The notes: generated by a model not told the origin, from the sequence alone. Shown: positions 1 through 15,663, counted from the stretch's first letter. The stretch: DNA of 64,000 bases from Octopus vulgaris (GCA_951406725.2 OX597842.1:32860001-32924000), one strand, 5' to 3'. Numbers and translations are program-made.

Positions 1-281
1 TGTGCTGAAACTAGATGAAGAAGATATATATATATATATCTGTGTGACCATGTATGTATAGGGACGCAGTGAAAGAGAATTTCTATGCATATATTAGTAC
101 TTCTATAAGTTTCATTATACATATATGTACGCATACTATATACGCATGCATGTATGTATATACGTGTATATAGTGCATATAGTCTATATCGATTAGAGAT
201 GGAGTCAAAGACATCATAACAAATGATGAATATGTTAATATATATACGTCAATAAAAGACCCCAACATATTTATTTGTACG

Positions 282-313
<32 letters not shown>

Positions 314-432
314 TGTATGTATATATATATATATATATATAAATATATATACATATATACATATTTACACATAATTGTATGCTATGATGTCTACACTCAT
401 ATATATAAACATATATATATATGTCTGTATGT

Positions 433-508
<76 letters not shown>

Positions 509-571
509 GTATATAAATATATATACATACATACATATTTACACATAAATGCATGCTATGATGTCTACACT

Positions 572-617
<46 letters not shown>

Positions 618-624
618 CATATAC

Positions 625-685
<61 letters not shown>

Positions 686-774
686 TAAATATCTATATAT
701 CTGCATATATATATATATACACTTACGTATAGAATCATCTATACACACACATGTATTAATATATGTTTATATAT

Positions 775-825
<51 letters not shown>

Positions 826-962
826 AGTGTTTGTGTGTGTAGTCATTCTTCAGTGCTTTTCAAACCGAAAATGTTCCAATTTTGGTTGCATTTCTTTTTA
901 TTTAAATTTTCTGCGTAAAACGTGTTAGAAACACATTAGTGATGAAGTCACTGGAAACTGCT

Positions 963-1168
<206 letters not shown>

Positions 1169-1371
1169 GAAGTCTATGCGTCTAGCGTCTATCATTTATA
1201 CAGGTACATAAATATATATATTTATAAATATCTGTATAGGGTTCTTGACGCATAATATACACCCATATAACATATATGTTCCAATATAGTATACAAATGA
1301 ATATATATGCGAATGTGTGTGTACATATATATATATATATATATACACATATTCTTACATATACATATATG

Positions 1372-1414
<43 letters not shown>

Positions 1415-1453
1415 TTGGGGCTCTCCTTAATGCCATTATTATTATTGTTATTA

Positions 1454-1520
<67 letters not shown>

Positions 1521-1804
1521 CATCATTATTATTGTGACCACCATCATCAGCATATCTCTGGCAAACGTCTTCAGATAAACTTGTTCCAGTAAGCAGAGCA
1601 TGTATCTATGTATAAACATGTTCCTTCGCAAACGCACATGCGCACTTCCACACAACACAGACCCAAAGAATATACGCACACATCTACGCACACACTTCTA
1701 TATTTCTACATATATATATATATATATATATATATGCAGCACTAAAATCTACCGCACATCATTCTACATACATATATATACAAATACCTAAAGCTATACA
1801 TAAA

Positions 1805-1867
<63 letters not shown>

Positions 1868-2095
1868 GTATATATATGTGTGTATCTATGTATATATGTA
1901 TTAGCATACACGACTGGCTAACGAAGCGTTATGGCTAAAACATGTTAGAAATACATTAGCTTTGTAATCAAAATAAACAATGTGATTAGATTACTATGTA
2001 TAGATTATTGTACAGGAGACGATAATCAGTCTTGCTGTGCGTATACATAATATATACATACATGCATATATATATATACATCGACATACCACCTA

Positions 2096-2205
<110 letters not shown>

Positions 2206-2209
2206 TTAT

Positions 2210-2409
2210 CTCTTTTACTTGTTTCAGTATTTTGACTGCGGCCATGCTGGAGCACCGTCTTTTGTCGAGCAGATCAACCCCCAGGACTTATTTTTTGTAA
2301 GCTTAGCACTTATTCTATCTGCCGACCTGGTGTGTTACAGGGATGTAAACACACCGACATCGGTCGTCACGTGATGGCTGGGGACGAAGTCACACAGAAA
2401 CACATAAAC

Positions 2410-2503
<94 letters not shown>

Positions 2504-2660
2504 TATGTGTCTCTGCGTCTGACTTTGTCCCCAGCCATCATGAGTGTGTGTGTGTGTATGTATGTATGTATATAAGCGACGGGCTTCTTTCAATTTCCCT
2601 CTACAAAATCCACTTACAAGCCTCTCGCAGTGGGACTGAACTCGGAACCATGTAGCTGCC
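2210..2660 (-). mobile_element. tRNA-derived CORE-type SINE (family A), degenerate copy with internal microsatellite
   Basis: Matches the family A blocks (CTTGTTTCAGT..TTTGACTGCGGCCATGCTGGAGCACCG; GCAGTGGGACTGAAC) seen in many copies in this window. Confidence 0.8.
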
Positions 2661-2919
2661 ATTAAGTCTCTCAGTTTTAAATTTGATTTTTATAAGCTTT
2701 CGTATTATAAAGAGTCACATTAACTCATTGTTGTACGTGCGTTCCCAACCTTTGAGAACTTGTCCTCCTTGTGTCTCTGCTGTTGCAGTTTAAGTCGTGA
2801 AGTTTGCAACATTTAACTTCCATGTTACATTGAAATATCTATATTACGTAGGCTGTCTGAAGTCCGCATTGTGGATTTCTAAACTTTGCTTTCTTATTGG
2901 TGTTTCTGTATTGGAGTGA

Positions 2920-4370
2920 TATATAATTCCATTAACACCTAGGATGCTTTATTGGGATCTAAAATCTACCTCAGTATTTCACTGCTACTTTATTTTATCC
3001 ACCCCACAACAATGAAAGGTAAAGTTAGTGTTAGTCTTCTATTATAATTCCATTGACATCTTGGATGTTTTATAGGAATATTAAATCTACCCCAGTATAT
3101 CACTGCTACTTTATTTTATCAACCCCACAACAATGAAAGGTAAAGTTAGTGTTAGTCTTCTATTATAATTCCATTGACATCTTGGATGTTTTATAGGAAT
3201 ATTAAATCTACCCCAGTATATCACTGCTACTTTATTTTATCAACCCCACAACAATGAAAGGTAAAGTTAGTGTTAGTCTTCTATTATAATTCCATTGACA
3301 TCTTGGATGTTTTATAGGAATATTAAATCTACCCCAGTATATCACTGCTACTTTATTTTATCAACCCCACAACAATGAAAGGTAAAGTTAGTGTTAGTCT
3401 TCTATTATAATTCCATTGACATCTTGGATGTTTTATAGGAATATTAAATCTACCCCAGTATATCACTGCTACTTTATTTTATCAACCCCACAACAATGAA
3501 AGATAAAGTTAGTGTTAGTCTTCTATTATAATTCCATTGACATCTTGGATGTTTTACAGGAATATTAAATCTACCCCAGTATATCACTGCTACTTTATTT
3601 TATCAACCCCCACAACAATGAAAGGTAAAGTTAGTGTTAGTCTTCTATTATAATTCCATTGACATCTTGGATGTTTTATAGGAATATTAAATCTACCCCA
3701 GTATATCACTGCTACTTTATTTTATCAACCCCACAACAATGAAAGGTAAAGTTAGTGTTAGTCTTCTATTATAATTCCATTGACATCTTGGATGTTTTAT
3801 AGGAATATTAAATCTACCCCAGTATATCACTGCTACTTTATTTTATCAACCCCACAACAATGAAAGGTAAAGTTAGTGTTAGTCTTCTATTATAATTCCA
3901 TTGACATCTTGGATGTTTTATACGAATATTAAATCTACCCCAGTATTTGACTGCTATAAGGGGCAGCTGAAATGCTTCTGGCTTTCGGGGAAATAAAATA
4001 GAGGAATATCAATCAAGTATGATTTTGTTCAACATATTCCCCTCTCAGATTCACCCACTTATTGCAGCGGTCCTTCAGTTTTTCTGAGCGCTGTAAAAGA
4101 AATCGGATCTTTGGGCCTCCAGCCAAGCTTTTCACGATATCCTTCCAGCCAGGAACTTTTCACCACGCTCTCCTACTTTATTTTATCATCTCCACAAAGA
4201 TAAAATGCAAAGTTTATATTAGTCTTCTAAAATAAATTCCAATCACATCTCGGACGCTTAAAGGATATTAAATCAACCTCAGTTCTTCCTTGTTACATTA
4301 TTTTATCAAGGAAGATTTATCAAGGAAAATTATGATAGGGGACTTTAGTCTCCTATCATAATTTCATTTA
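2920..4370. repeat. 121-bp tandem satellite, about 9 copies plus degenerate flanking copies
   Basis: ATTATAATTCCATTGACATC recurs at 3041, 3162, 3283, 3404, 3525, 3647, 3768 and 3889; degenerate units near 2920 and 4230-4370. Confidence 0.95.
3957..4173 (-). mobile_element. mariner-derived MITE inserted in a satellite unit
   Basis: Imperfect TIRs (TAAGGGGCAGCTGAAATGCTTCTGGC vs rc GGAGAGCGTGGTGAAAAGTTCCTGGC); TA duplication at 3955-56 and 4174-75; minus strand reads KLKDRCNKWVNLRGEYVEQ, like a mariner transposase C-terminus. Confidence 0.8.
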
Positions 4371-4761
4371 AAATTCCATAAGAAACTCAAACAAAATAGA
4401 AATGGGATTTCAACCCCGAACACAAAGCTAAGTTGATCAGTAGTTTCTCGGATGCTCTATCGGCTTCTGGAAACAACAACATTTACAGGAATAATAACAG
4501 GAACCCAAACCAAGAGGGACATGTATATAATTGTTGTAATCCGAAACACAAAGAATTGTTTTCGGTGGTGCTGAAGTCACAGAGAATGGTTGGTTAGGAA
4601 TAGTAGAATGGTTAACGTATTATTGCAATAACTGGAATCGGCTGATCGGTCATTCTAACTTTGGTGTTGGTCAGTTGAGTTTTTGCATCAGATTCTGTGA
4701 TTACGATCTATAAATGGTATTTGCTTCAACATAGAGGGAAATATATTTATATACATATATA

Positions 4762-4809
<48 letters not shown>

Positions 4810-4831
4810 AGCGTATAATATTTAAATACTG

Positions 4832-4871
<40 letters not shown>

Positions 4872-5597
4872 GATTGTATGCGTATTTAAAAGTAAAAACA
4901 TACATACAAACATAAATATTATATGTACATGAATATATATGTGTGTATGTATGTACATATATGTATCATATATATGTGTCTGTGTGTGTATGTGCACGTG
5001 TATAATAATATGTGTGTGTACGTAAGTATATTAAGAGTATGAGAGATTACGATAAAATGATACACCTTCAAATGCAAATATAAATATATAATTGTATATA
5101 CGCATATATGCATATGTATATATATGTAATATATATTTATATAAATAATATATATATATATATATACGCACACACAGATATATATGTGTAGATGTAGTAA
5201 CTCTCTTTACTTATATATCCATACAAATATATATATTTATTTATTGGTAGATACATAGATAGACAGATCAATATATACACACAGTATCATTACACATACA
5301 CATATTAGACACGGGTAGATTAAGTCTAACAGTTATAGGGGTGATACACCCGTAATTCAACCACAAATGATTTGCTGAACCACAACCAGAACTGGCGTTG
5401 ACCACCGAGGACCTGAAACGCCTACAGCACTAAAAGACTACAAGGAAAGTGAAAGTAGATTTCACCGCTTTATAATTTACCGCCAATTTTTCCCGCTCTG
5501 TCCAGCATAACTTTACTTTCATTAAACACATCTAACGTACTAGTACATACACACATACATATATACATACATATATACATATATATATATGTATATA

Positions 5598-5638
<41 letters not shown>

Positions 5639-5752
5639 GTATATATATATTTATTTATATATATATGTATATATATGTATATAAGTATAATTTTATGTAT
5701 ATATATATATATAGACGTGTATGTATATTGTATATATCATATGAATTCGTCG

Positions 5753-5808
<56 letters not shown>

Positions 5809-5844
5809 AAAGTGGAGCGAATAATAAAGAACATAATCAAAGAG

Positions 5845-5925
5845 ATTGAGGGTCTCTCCTGGGATTCGAACCTTGCTTGGAGAGATTCACTGAAGAGCGC
5901 GTTGCTGATCACACCACAGAAATCT
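5845..5925 (-). mobile_element. tRNA-like SINE head or pseudo-tRNA fragment
   Basis: Minus strand has a perfect B box GGTTCGAATCCC and an A-box-like TGGTGTGATCAG; no convincing cloverleaf. Confidence 0.4.
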
Positions 5926-6016
5926 TGTCATCTTTGCCCGTGACTGATGCCATCATCATAATATTTATATCTGAAATATTATCAACAGCTACAAGAATAT
6001 TTGGGTATCACATTTT

Positions 6017-6059
<43 letters not shown>

Positions 6060-6346
6060 TACACACACACAAATACACAAGTATACACTCACATACACAC
6101 AGACACAAATACACACGTATACACACAGACACGAACACACACAAATACACACACACACATACACACACACAAATACACACACATACACACACACACACAG
6201 ACACATACTCACACACAAACATACAAACACACACACATATATATACACAACCACATACACAAATATTTGTATATGTATACAGACACACACACAAATATAT
6301 AAAAAAATATATATACGTATACATATATATATCAACAGATACATTC

Positions 6347-6383
<37 letters not shown>

Positions 6384-6419
6384 TGTATATATGTGTATAT
6401 CTATGTGTGTGTGTGTGTA

Positions 6420-6488
<69 letters not shown>

Positions 6489-6748
6489 CGGTATATGATT
6501 TCTGTAAGAGTTTCAGATTTGTTGGGTTGTGTCTTTGAAAAGTTTGTTTAGAATGTAGGTAACCGTAAAACAGTTTATACTGTCCTTAATAAATATATTA
6601 AAAGTAGTAGTAGTGGTACTAGTAGTAGTTGTTGTAGGAGAAGAATGGTCTCAAATTTCGTCGCAAAGGCCAAAACTTTCATCTCTCGGTCGGAGTGTGA
6701 GACAATGACACCGAGCCAGTGTTCAAATACTGGAGGAAATCCGTCGTT

Positions 6749-6789
<41 letters not shown>

Positions 6790-7002
6790 CACCGTGAACA
6801 CTGTGACCGACCAGGCTACACATCGCTGGTCACAATGCGCTTCGCATTGTCTTAGCCTTCAAATGACGCCACCCCGCTGGCTAAGCGAGCAGGCCAACAT
6901 ATGAAAGAGTACAGCAGCGATCACCTTTAATTGTTCCACGTCCTGCGTTGCTGTGTTTTTTTCTTTTTTTCTCTTTTTTTCTGTGTTTTCTTGTTTGGAT
7001 TA

Positions 7003-7096
<94 letters not shown>

Positions 7097-7102
7097 TATA
7101 TA

Positions 7103-7310
7103 GTTAATACAAACATGAAAACACATGGAGAAAACACAACAACGCGAGGACATGGAACAAGTATAGTATTATTGGACACTCAGGAAAGGAAAAAAGGAGG
7201 GTTTAACGTTTCGAGCGGAGATCTTCGTCAGAAACATAGGAAAAGGAAAGGTCCAAGGTAGGGAAGACGGAGGAAAAAAAATCGCCAACGGTACACACGC
7301 AGTCACATAT
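7103..7310 (-). mobile_element. Penelope-pLTR-like short element (family P1) carrying a hammerhead
   Basis: Reverse complement of 34640-34835; further fragments at 6930-7005 (+) and 7885-7958 (-); flanked by microsatellite. Confidence 0.7.
7201..7235 (-). ncRNA. minimal type I hammerhead ribozyme
   Basis: rc = GUUU-CUGACGA-A-GAUC-UCC-GCUC-GAAAC-GUU-AAAC; stem I GUUU/AAAC, intact core, palindromic ACGU stem III. Confidence 0.7.
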
Positions 7311-7349
7311 AAATATATGTATATGTATATGTGTATGTGTGTGTGTGTG

Positions 7350-7403
<54 letters not shown>

Positions 7404-7525
7404 TTAATAAATGTATTAATAATATTTACTGAATCCCAGTTTTTTATGCGCCAAACCATTGGTGTTAAACCGATATTATTAAATTAATATACAATTTTTC
7501 ACCCTCATTTTGATTTTAATTCTTG

Positions 7526-7592
<67 letters not shown>

Positions 7593-7725
7593 CATCCACT
7601 CGTGATCGAGGAAGACATTTCTTGACTTTCAGGAACATTGTGTGCTACACACATAGGTTAAATATAATGAGACAATATATCAAAGGCTGTGTGGCGTTTC
7701 TTGGACATTTATAAAGAGTAATGTA

Positions 7726-7773
7726 GTCTTACAGCCGTTTCAGGGATATAAAAGATATACCATCATCAGAGAC
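7726..7773 (-). ncRNA. type I hammerhead ribozyme
   Basis: rc = GUCU-CUGAUGA-UGGUAUAU-CUUUU-AUAUCCCU-GAAAC-GGCU-GUA-AGAC; stem I GUCU/AGAC, intact core, GUA cleavage triplet. Confidence 0.75.
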
Positions 7774-7957
7774 GATATAAGAGAGTTAAATAGAGTTCAG
7801 TATAAGAAGTTATTTTGGAAAGCGAGAGATATAATATGAATTATAAAGGGAAATATAAGAATAAAATTATAGATATATATATATAGAGTTAATCCAAACA
7901 TGAAAACACAAAGAGAAAACACAACAACGCGAGGACGTGGAACAAGTAGAGTGTTAT

Positions 7958-8345
7958 TGGGCTGTGTGGTAAGTAGCTTGCTAACCAACCACATGGTTCC
8001 GGGTTCAGTCCCACTGCGTGGCATCTTGGGCAAGTGTCTTCTGCTATAGCCCTGGCCCGACCAATGCCTTGTGAGTGGATTTGTTAGACAGAAACTGAAA
8101 GAAGCCAGTCGTATATATGTATATATATATATGTATGTGTGTGTGTTTGTGTGTTTGTGTTTGTCCCCCTAGCATTGCTTGACAACCGTTGCTGGTGTGT
8201 TTATGTCCCCGTCACTTAACGGTTCGGTAAAAGGGACCGATAGAATAAGTACTGGGTTACAAAAAGAATAAGTCCCGGGGTCGAGTTGCTCGATTAAAGG
8301 CGGTGCTCCAGCATGGTCGGAGTCAAATGACTGAAACAAGTAAAA
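7958..8345 (+). mobile_element. SINE family A, near full length
   Basis: GGCTGTGTGGTAAG (A box), GGTTCAGTCCC (B box), CORE-like CTTGGGCAAGT, tail GGCGGTGCTCCAGCATGG..ACTGAAAC. Confidence 0.9.
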
Positions 8346-8691
8346 AAAAATATATTGGATGGTAAACCTGATGTTACTTTATCCAAGGAATGTGTTGCGT
8401 AAGATGGATAAAAAAGTTTCTTGTCCATGGTATGTAAGTTACGATAGGAGTTCATGTTTTGTTATTTTGTCATGAAAATAGTTGTTGAAAAATATCATTG
8501 TAGGTATAAATATACTATAAACAATAATAGAAAATTGGAGGAGAAAAAGATGTTGAATCAAAATTAGATTTAATACAAAGTAGGATTCAATACATACGCG
8601 CTTTTCAAAGGACAATACAAATATGTAAGAAAAACATTATAATTAAATTTAAACATTGTCATAATCTGAAAGGCTGACAGATGCTATCAGC

Positions 8692-8740
<49 letters not shown>

Positions 8741-9126
8741 GTGTAATATAAAGAGAGAGAAAGAGAGAAAGAGAGAAAGAGAGTGAGTGAGAGAGAGAGT
8801 GTGTGTGAGAGAGAGAGTGTGTGAGAGAGAGAGAGAGAGAGAGAGAATTAGGTTATGGGCGTGTAACGTACGTAGTGGTTTTACTTTTTATCATATATTA
8901 AACTTTTTAATGCTTTTTGATAGTTATATATATTTAATGAAAAAAAGAAATTATAAATATAAATTAATAATTTTAATTTTAAATTAAAATAATTTAAATT
9001 TTAAAATTTTATATTTTATATATTTTGTATATTATATTAATTATTTTATTTTTATGTTTTGGTTTATGTTTTTCACTGTTTGATTTGCCCAATAGTGGTT
9101 TTATCTCTAATTTAATTTATATATAT

Positions 9127-9163
<37 letters not shown>

Positions 9164-9188
9164 TAAACTTAGATAAATTTATAAATAT

Positions 9189-9418
9189 TTCGACCAAAGA
9201 TTGGTCCAGGCCATGTCTAACTTAATAGCACCACCTGATAGGATTATCTAAATCCTGTTTAAGTCAAGGTTTGTTTATGGTCCATTCAAGTTGTGAGTTT
9301 TTGCTGGGTGAGTTGTATCCAATTATGGGTGGCTTATCTGGTATTCCTTGAAGGAACCTATCCAGACTCCGTTTAAAGTTGATGGGATCCTTTTCCTCTT
9401 TGATCTCTTTCGGGACAA
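9189..9418 (-). mobile_element. 3' end of a CR1-group LINE (second family)
   Basis: Minus strand reads [41 protein letters not shown], similar to the ORF2 C-terminus at 51900; 3' UTR GGTGGTGC..CATGGCC..GAAA. Confidence 0.7.
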
Positions 9419-9430
9419 TATATATATATA

Positions 9431-9556
<126 letters not shown>

Positions 9557-9560
9557 ATTA

Positions 9561-9592
<32 letters not shown>

Positions 9593-9974
9593 GCGGACAT
9601 ACTAGAAGAAAATTGTAGTGCAGTGGGATTGAAACCGGAACCATGGGAATGGGGGAATAATTGCTTCTGGCATTCCACTGTATGTATATTTATACAAGTA
9701 TATATTTATCTATTATTTATATTTCTCTGTCTCTTGTTCAACTTGGGAAAATTTCAGATTATGTAAGGTCCGTGTATATATACACATATATACAAACTCA
9801 TATATAGGTATACATAAATACATAGTATAAAAATAAATATATAAATATATATATATATAAGTATATGTATATGTAATGTCATATATCTATCAATATGTAT
9901 ATCTATCTATCTTTTTATATATGAATATATATATGTATGTATACATATATATATATATATACATACTCTCTCTT

Positions 9975-10378
9975 TTACTCTTTTACTTGTTTCAGTCCTT
10001 TGACTGCGGCCATGCTGGAGCACCGCCTTTAGTCGAGCTACTCGACCCCGGGACTTATTCTTTTTTTGTAAGCCCAGTACTTATGCTATCGGTCTCTTTT
10101 GCCGAACCGCTAAGTAACGGGGACATAAACACACCAGCATCGGTTGTCAAGCAATGCTATGGGGACAAACACAGACACACAAACAAACACACATATATAT
10201 ATATACATATATATACGACAGGCTTCTTTCAGTTTCCGTCTACCAAATCCACTCACAAGGCATTGGTCGGCCCGGGGCTATAGCAGAAGACACTTGCCCA
10301 AGGTGCCACGCAGTGGGACTGAACCAGGAACCATGTGGTTGGTTAGCAAGCTACTTACCACACAGCCACTCCTGCGCC
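9975..10378 (-). mobile_element. SINE family A, full length
   Basis: Complete head-to-tail match to the other copies. Confidence 0.9.
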
Positions 10379-10386
10379 TGGAGTAA

Positions 10387-10487
<101 letters not shown>

Positions 10488-10692
10488 CAAACAAGTCTTA
10501 ATTTGTAAATATATGAATGTATATCATTATGCGTAATTTATTAAACCAGAAAATATTTGATCGTTATACAGTTCTACTGTATAGTAAATATAGAAAAACA
10601 TATATACACACTGACATAATCTTGGTATATAGATGCAAAACATAATTTCCAGTATTACATAGTGTATATATATATATAGATATACATATGTG

Positions 10693-10821
<129 letters not shown>

Positions 10822-11370
10822 GCATATATATATATATATATATATATGGATATATATATATACATATATGCATATATAAACCCAGCATGTGTATGTACTT
10901 GTCTATAAAGGTATGTCTAAAGACAAGCTTATGTATATTTATATGAATATATAAATATGAATAATATCTATATTTACACACACATACACACACCTACATA
11001 TATATATATAATATATACACACATGTATATATATATATATATATATATATACAATATATACACCTATAAACGTAAGTAATTACATAAACACGTAGAAGAT
11101 AAAAGAAATGTATTGAGGTGTGTGCGTGTGTATATGTGTATATATAAATATATATATATGCGTATATATATACATATATATATATTTTATATATTCATAT
11201 ATCTCTCTCTCTCTGTATATATATATATATTTATATATACTTAAGTATATATATATACATATATATGAATATATATGTATATATATATATATCCGTATTT
11301 ATATACGTGCGAATGTATATACATTTGTATGTATATCTATATCTCTGTAACTATATACAAAGAAGTATAT

Positions 11371-11447
<77 letters not shown>

Positions 11448-11922
11448 CATACATATACATACATAAATACACACACGAACGCACATATATATATATGCAA
11501 ATGTGAATGTACAAACGCACATACAAACGCACACATACACATATACACACCCATGCACATACACATACACAAACACACACACACACATACACACACACAC
11601 ACACACACACATACATATAAAAGAGATTTTCGAAAAAATTTCGGTAGCGAAACATCACAACCCAATAAGTGGAACCGTCTTCAATTCAGGTTTTCCCTTT
11701 TCGTTCTTGTGATTCTCGATGCCATGACAAGTTTTGGTTCGCGTTGTGGTCTTGAAATTCTTTAACGGCTCAAAGATGAAAGGAACCGGCTCTCTGTCTG
11801 CCTGTCCCCCTGTCTGTCTGTTTGTCCCTCTGAAGTACCTGCTGCTGGTCTGATATCCCAGCACACCTTTCATTGGTGTATATATTTGTATCGATGTATG
11901 TAAGTTTATATATGTGTATATA

Positions 11923-12092
<170 letters not shown>

Positions 12093-12242
12093 TGTTATAT
12101 AAAAAATCTTGCACAACAAATATTTAAACGTACGTATATATATATATACGTATATATATATATATATATACATATATATACATATATATATACATAAATA
12201 CACATACACATGTATGCATATATATATATATGTATATATATG

Positions 12243-12321
<79 letters not shown>

Positions 12322-12759
12322 GTGTGTATGTGTATTAGATACATGAATAGAAAGATAGTTGCCTATTCGTGTATGGAAATGAGATGTGTATATATCTCTT
12401 TTTATATATGTGGCTACATGCGTGAAACTGTGTGAATGTGAATAAGCTGCTATCTCTGTATGCCTATATATAGAGATATATATATATGTGTGTATACAGC
12501 TATATATATTTACATACCCATATATGTATACGTATTTATGTATGTATCTCTTTGTGTGTGTATGATGATTTCATTTCGTTGGTGTCTATATTTGCTTTCA
12601 TATATGTGTATACATTTATGTATATGCATATAGCTATGTTTGTATATAAGCTTAAATGAGTAAATATATTGTATATATTATATATATGTATATTTGTTTA
12701 TTGTCATACAGACGTATGACGAAGATATGTGTATATCCTTATATATATATATATCTTTA

Positions 12760-13130
12760 CTCTTAACTCTTTTCCTTGTTTCAGTCATTTGACAGCGGCC
12801 ATGCTGCGGCACCGCCTTTAATCGAACAACTCGACCCCGGGATTTATTCTTTTGTAAGCCCAGTACTTATTCTATCGGTCTCTTTTGCCGAACCGCTAAG
12901 TGACGGGGACATAAACACACCAGCATCGATTGCCAAGCAATGCTAGGGGGACAATCACAGACACATAAACACACACACGCATGTATATAAACATACATAT
13001 ATACGACGAGCTTCTTTCAGTTTCCGTCTACCAAATCCACTCACAAGGCTTTGATCGGAGCGAGGGTATAGTAGAAGACACTTGCCCAAGGTTGGTAAAC
13101 AAGCTACTTCCCACACAGCCACTCCTGCGC

Positions 13131-13132
<2 letters not shown>
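12760..13132 (-). mobile_element. SINE family A with an internal deletion in the head
   Basis: Match to the family A consensus. Confidence 0.88.
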
Positions 13133-13165
<33 letters not shown>

Positions 13166-13210
13166 TATATGTGTGTGTTTGTGTATACATATATGTATAT
13201 ATATCTATTT

Positions 13211-13265
<55 letters not shown>

Positions 13266-13281
13266 ATACATATATATTTGT

Positions 13282-13440
13282 AGGCCTAGGAGTGGCTGTG
13301 TGATAAGTAGCTTGCTTACCAGCCACATGGTTCCGGGTTCAGTCTCACTGCTTGGTACCTTGGGAAAGTGTCTTCTACTACAACCTCGGGCCGACCAAAA
13401 CCTTGCGAGTGGATTTGGTAGACAGAAACTGAAAGAAACA
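13282..13440 (+). mobile_element. SINE family A, 5' half
   Basis: Head through GAAACTGAAAGAA, then (AT)n. Confidence 0.85.
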
Positions 13441-13444
13441 AACA

Positions 13445-13628
<184 letters not shown>

Positions 13629-13699
13629 CACGCGCTTTTTTTTTTTTTTGTCAGGTTAGGTTACATCTTCATAGATGCAGAAAATATACATATACCTCA

Positions 13700-13840
13700 A
13701 CCAGGAGTCACAGATGCGGGCAGCGGCATCGAACCCCCTTGTTGACCAAGTGCCACGTATCAGAGGTGGATTCCCATATTAGCGTAGCTCATTCAGCGGT
13801 GGTGCCCCAGCATGGCCGCGGCCTTCGGGCTGAAGCATTT
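13700..13840 (+). mobile_element. CR1-group LINE 3' terminal fragment
   Basis: Reads [24 protein letters not shown], then GGTGGTGCCCCAGCATGGCCGC..GCTGAA; homologous to 43250-43395 and 51970-52121. Confidence 0.75.
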
Positions 13841-13860
13841 TTAAGGATTTAAGGATGTAA

Positions 13861-13895
<35 letters not shown>

Positions 13896-14023
13896 CAGCC
13901 GAAATTGCGAAGATGATCTGGTTCTTGACTGATGACTGAGGGCTTCGAATGTCCCGTCCTGTGGTTCTTGTGTCGTCTCTTTGGTGTTTCATGTTCTTGT
14001 CCATGTCTGTATTTATTTTTTAC

Positions 14024-14086
<63 letters not shown>

Positions 14087-14227
14087 AACAAACCAAAAGA
14101 TAAAAAAATAAAAAGAAGAAAATATGATTATCTTATGGCCTTCAGTAGCTTACAGCTGTTTCTTCTACCAGATACGGTGGACATATGTTTGCATGTCAAT
14201 CGTGTATTTCTCTTTCACCTCTTTTCC

Positions 14228-14282
<55 letters not shown>

Positions 14283-14285
<3 letters not shown>

Positions 14286-14669
14286 CGAAATGCTTAGCCG
14301 TATTTCGTCTGCCGTTACGTTCTAGGTTCAAATTCCGCCGAGGTCAACTTTACCCTTTCACCCTTTCGGGGTCGATGAATTTAGTACCAGTTACGCACTG
14401 GGGACGATGTACTCGACTTAATCCGTTTGTCAGGCCTATCTGGTGACGTTGATGTTCGCCTGGGGCTAAATGCAACAGTGACACCCCCACCACCCTGCCC
14501 TGTCCCTAGCCATATTCGGTTGGCTAATATCCCTATATTACGGAGCAGTCACTGTCTATATCTCATTTAGAGAATTATTATTGCTATATATATATATATA
14601 TATATATATAGGCGTTTAGCTGTCCTTGTTTGTCCCCTCTGTGTTTAGCCCCTTGTGGGTAGTAAAGAA

Positions 14670-14672
<3 letters not shown>
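14283..14672 (+). mobile_element. Meta-domain tRNA SINE (family B), interrupted; tail at 14615-14672
   Basis: GTTCAAATTCC B box followed by CCTTTCACCCTTTCGGGGTCGAT..AGTACCAG. Confidence 0.75.
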
Positions 14673-14701
<29 letters not shown>

Positions 14702-14719
14702 GTATACATATATATATAT

Positions 14720-14754
<35 letters not shown>

Positions 14755-14859
14755 GGAGGGTATGCGTATGTTTATATAAATGCAATATACATACGTATAA
14801 ACAATATATGCATACGATCAGGCATACAAACATACATGCATACATTCATATATCTATGA

Positions 14860-14944
<85 letters not shown>

Positions 14945-14984
14945 CACACATATATATATATATATATAACATATACATATATAT

Positions 14985-15017
<33 letters not shown>

Positions 15018-15029
15018 CATGCATACACA

Positions 15030-15182
15030 GGCGTGATTGTGTGGTAAGGAGCTTTTTTCCAGCCTGATACTTGCTGGTTCAATCCCACTCCGTATCATCT
15101 TAGGCAAGACTTTTCTTCTATAAAACGCCGACCAAAGCCTTGTGAGTGGATTTTGTAAGGAGAAACTGAAAGAAGTCCGTCG

Positions 15183-15256
<74 letters not shown>

Positions 15257-15307
15257 TATATATATAAATATATATATATACATATATACATCATACATAT
15301 CTATATA

Positions 15308-15370
<63 letters not shown>

Positions 15371-15590
15371 ATATATCTATGTGTTTGGCTTTCTGTCTGT
15401 GCTTGTCCACCCCTCCACCATCGATTGACATCCAATGGTGGAGTGTTTCGGTTGCCGTAACTTAGCGGTATGGCAAAAAGAAGCTAGAGAATATGCACCA
15501 GGTTTAAAAAAGAACAATTCCTGGGATCGATTTCTTCCACTAAATGGCAGTGCTCCAGCATGGACGCAGTCAAATGACTAAACTAGGTAA
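15030..15590 (+). mobile_element. SINE family A, old diverged copy with expanded internal (TA)n
   Basis: Diverged head, middle and tail blocks in the correct order. Confidence 0.8.
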
Positions 15591-15618
15591 CATATATAGA
15601 TATGTGTAAGCATATATA

Positions 15619-15663
<45 letters not shown>

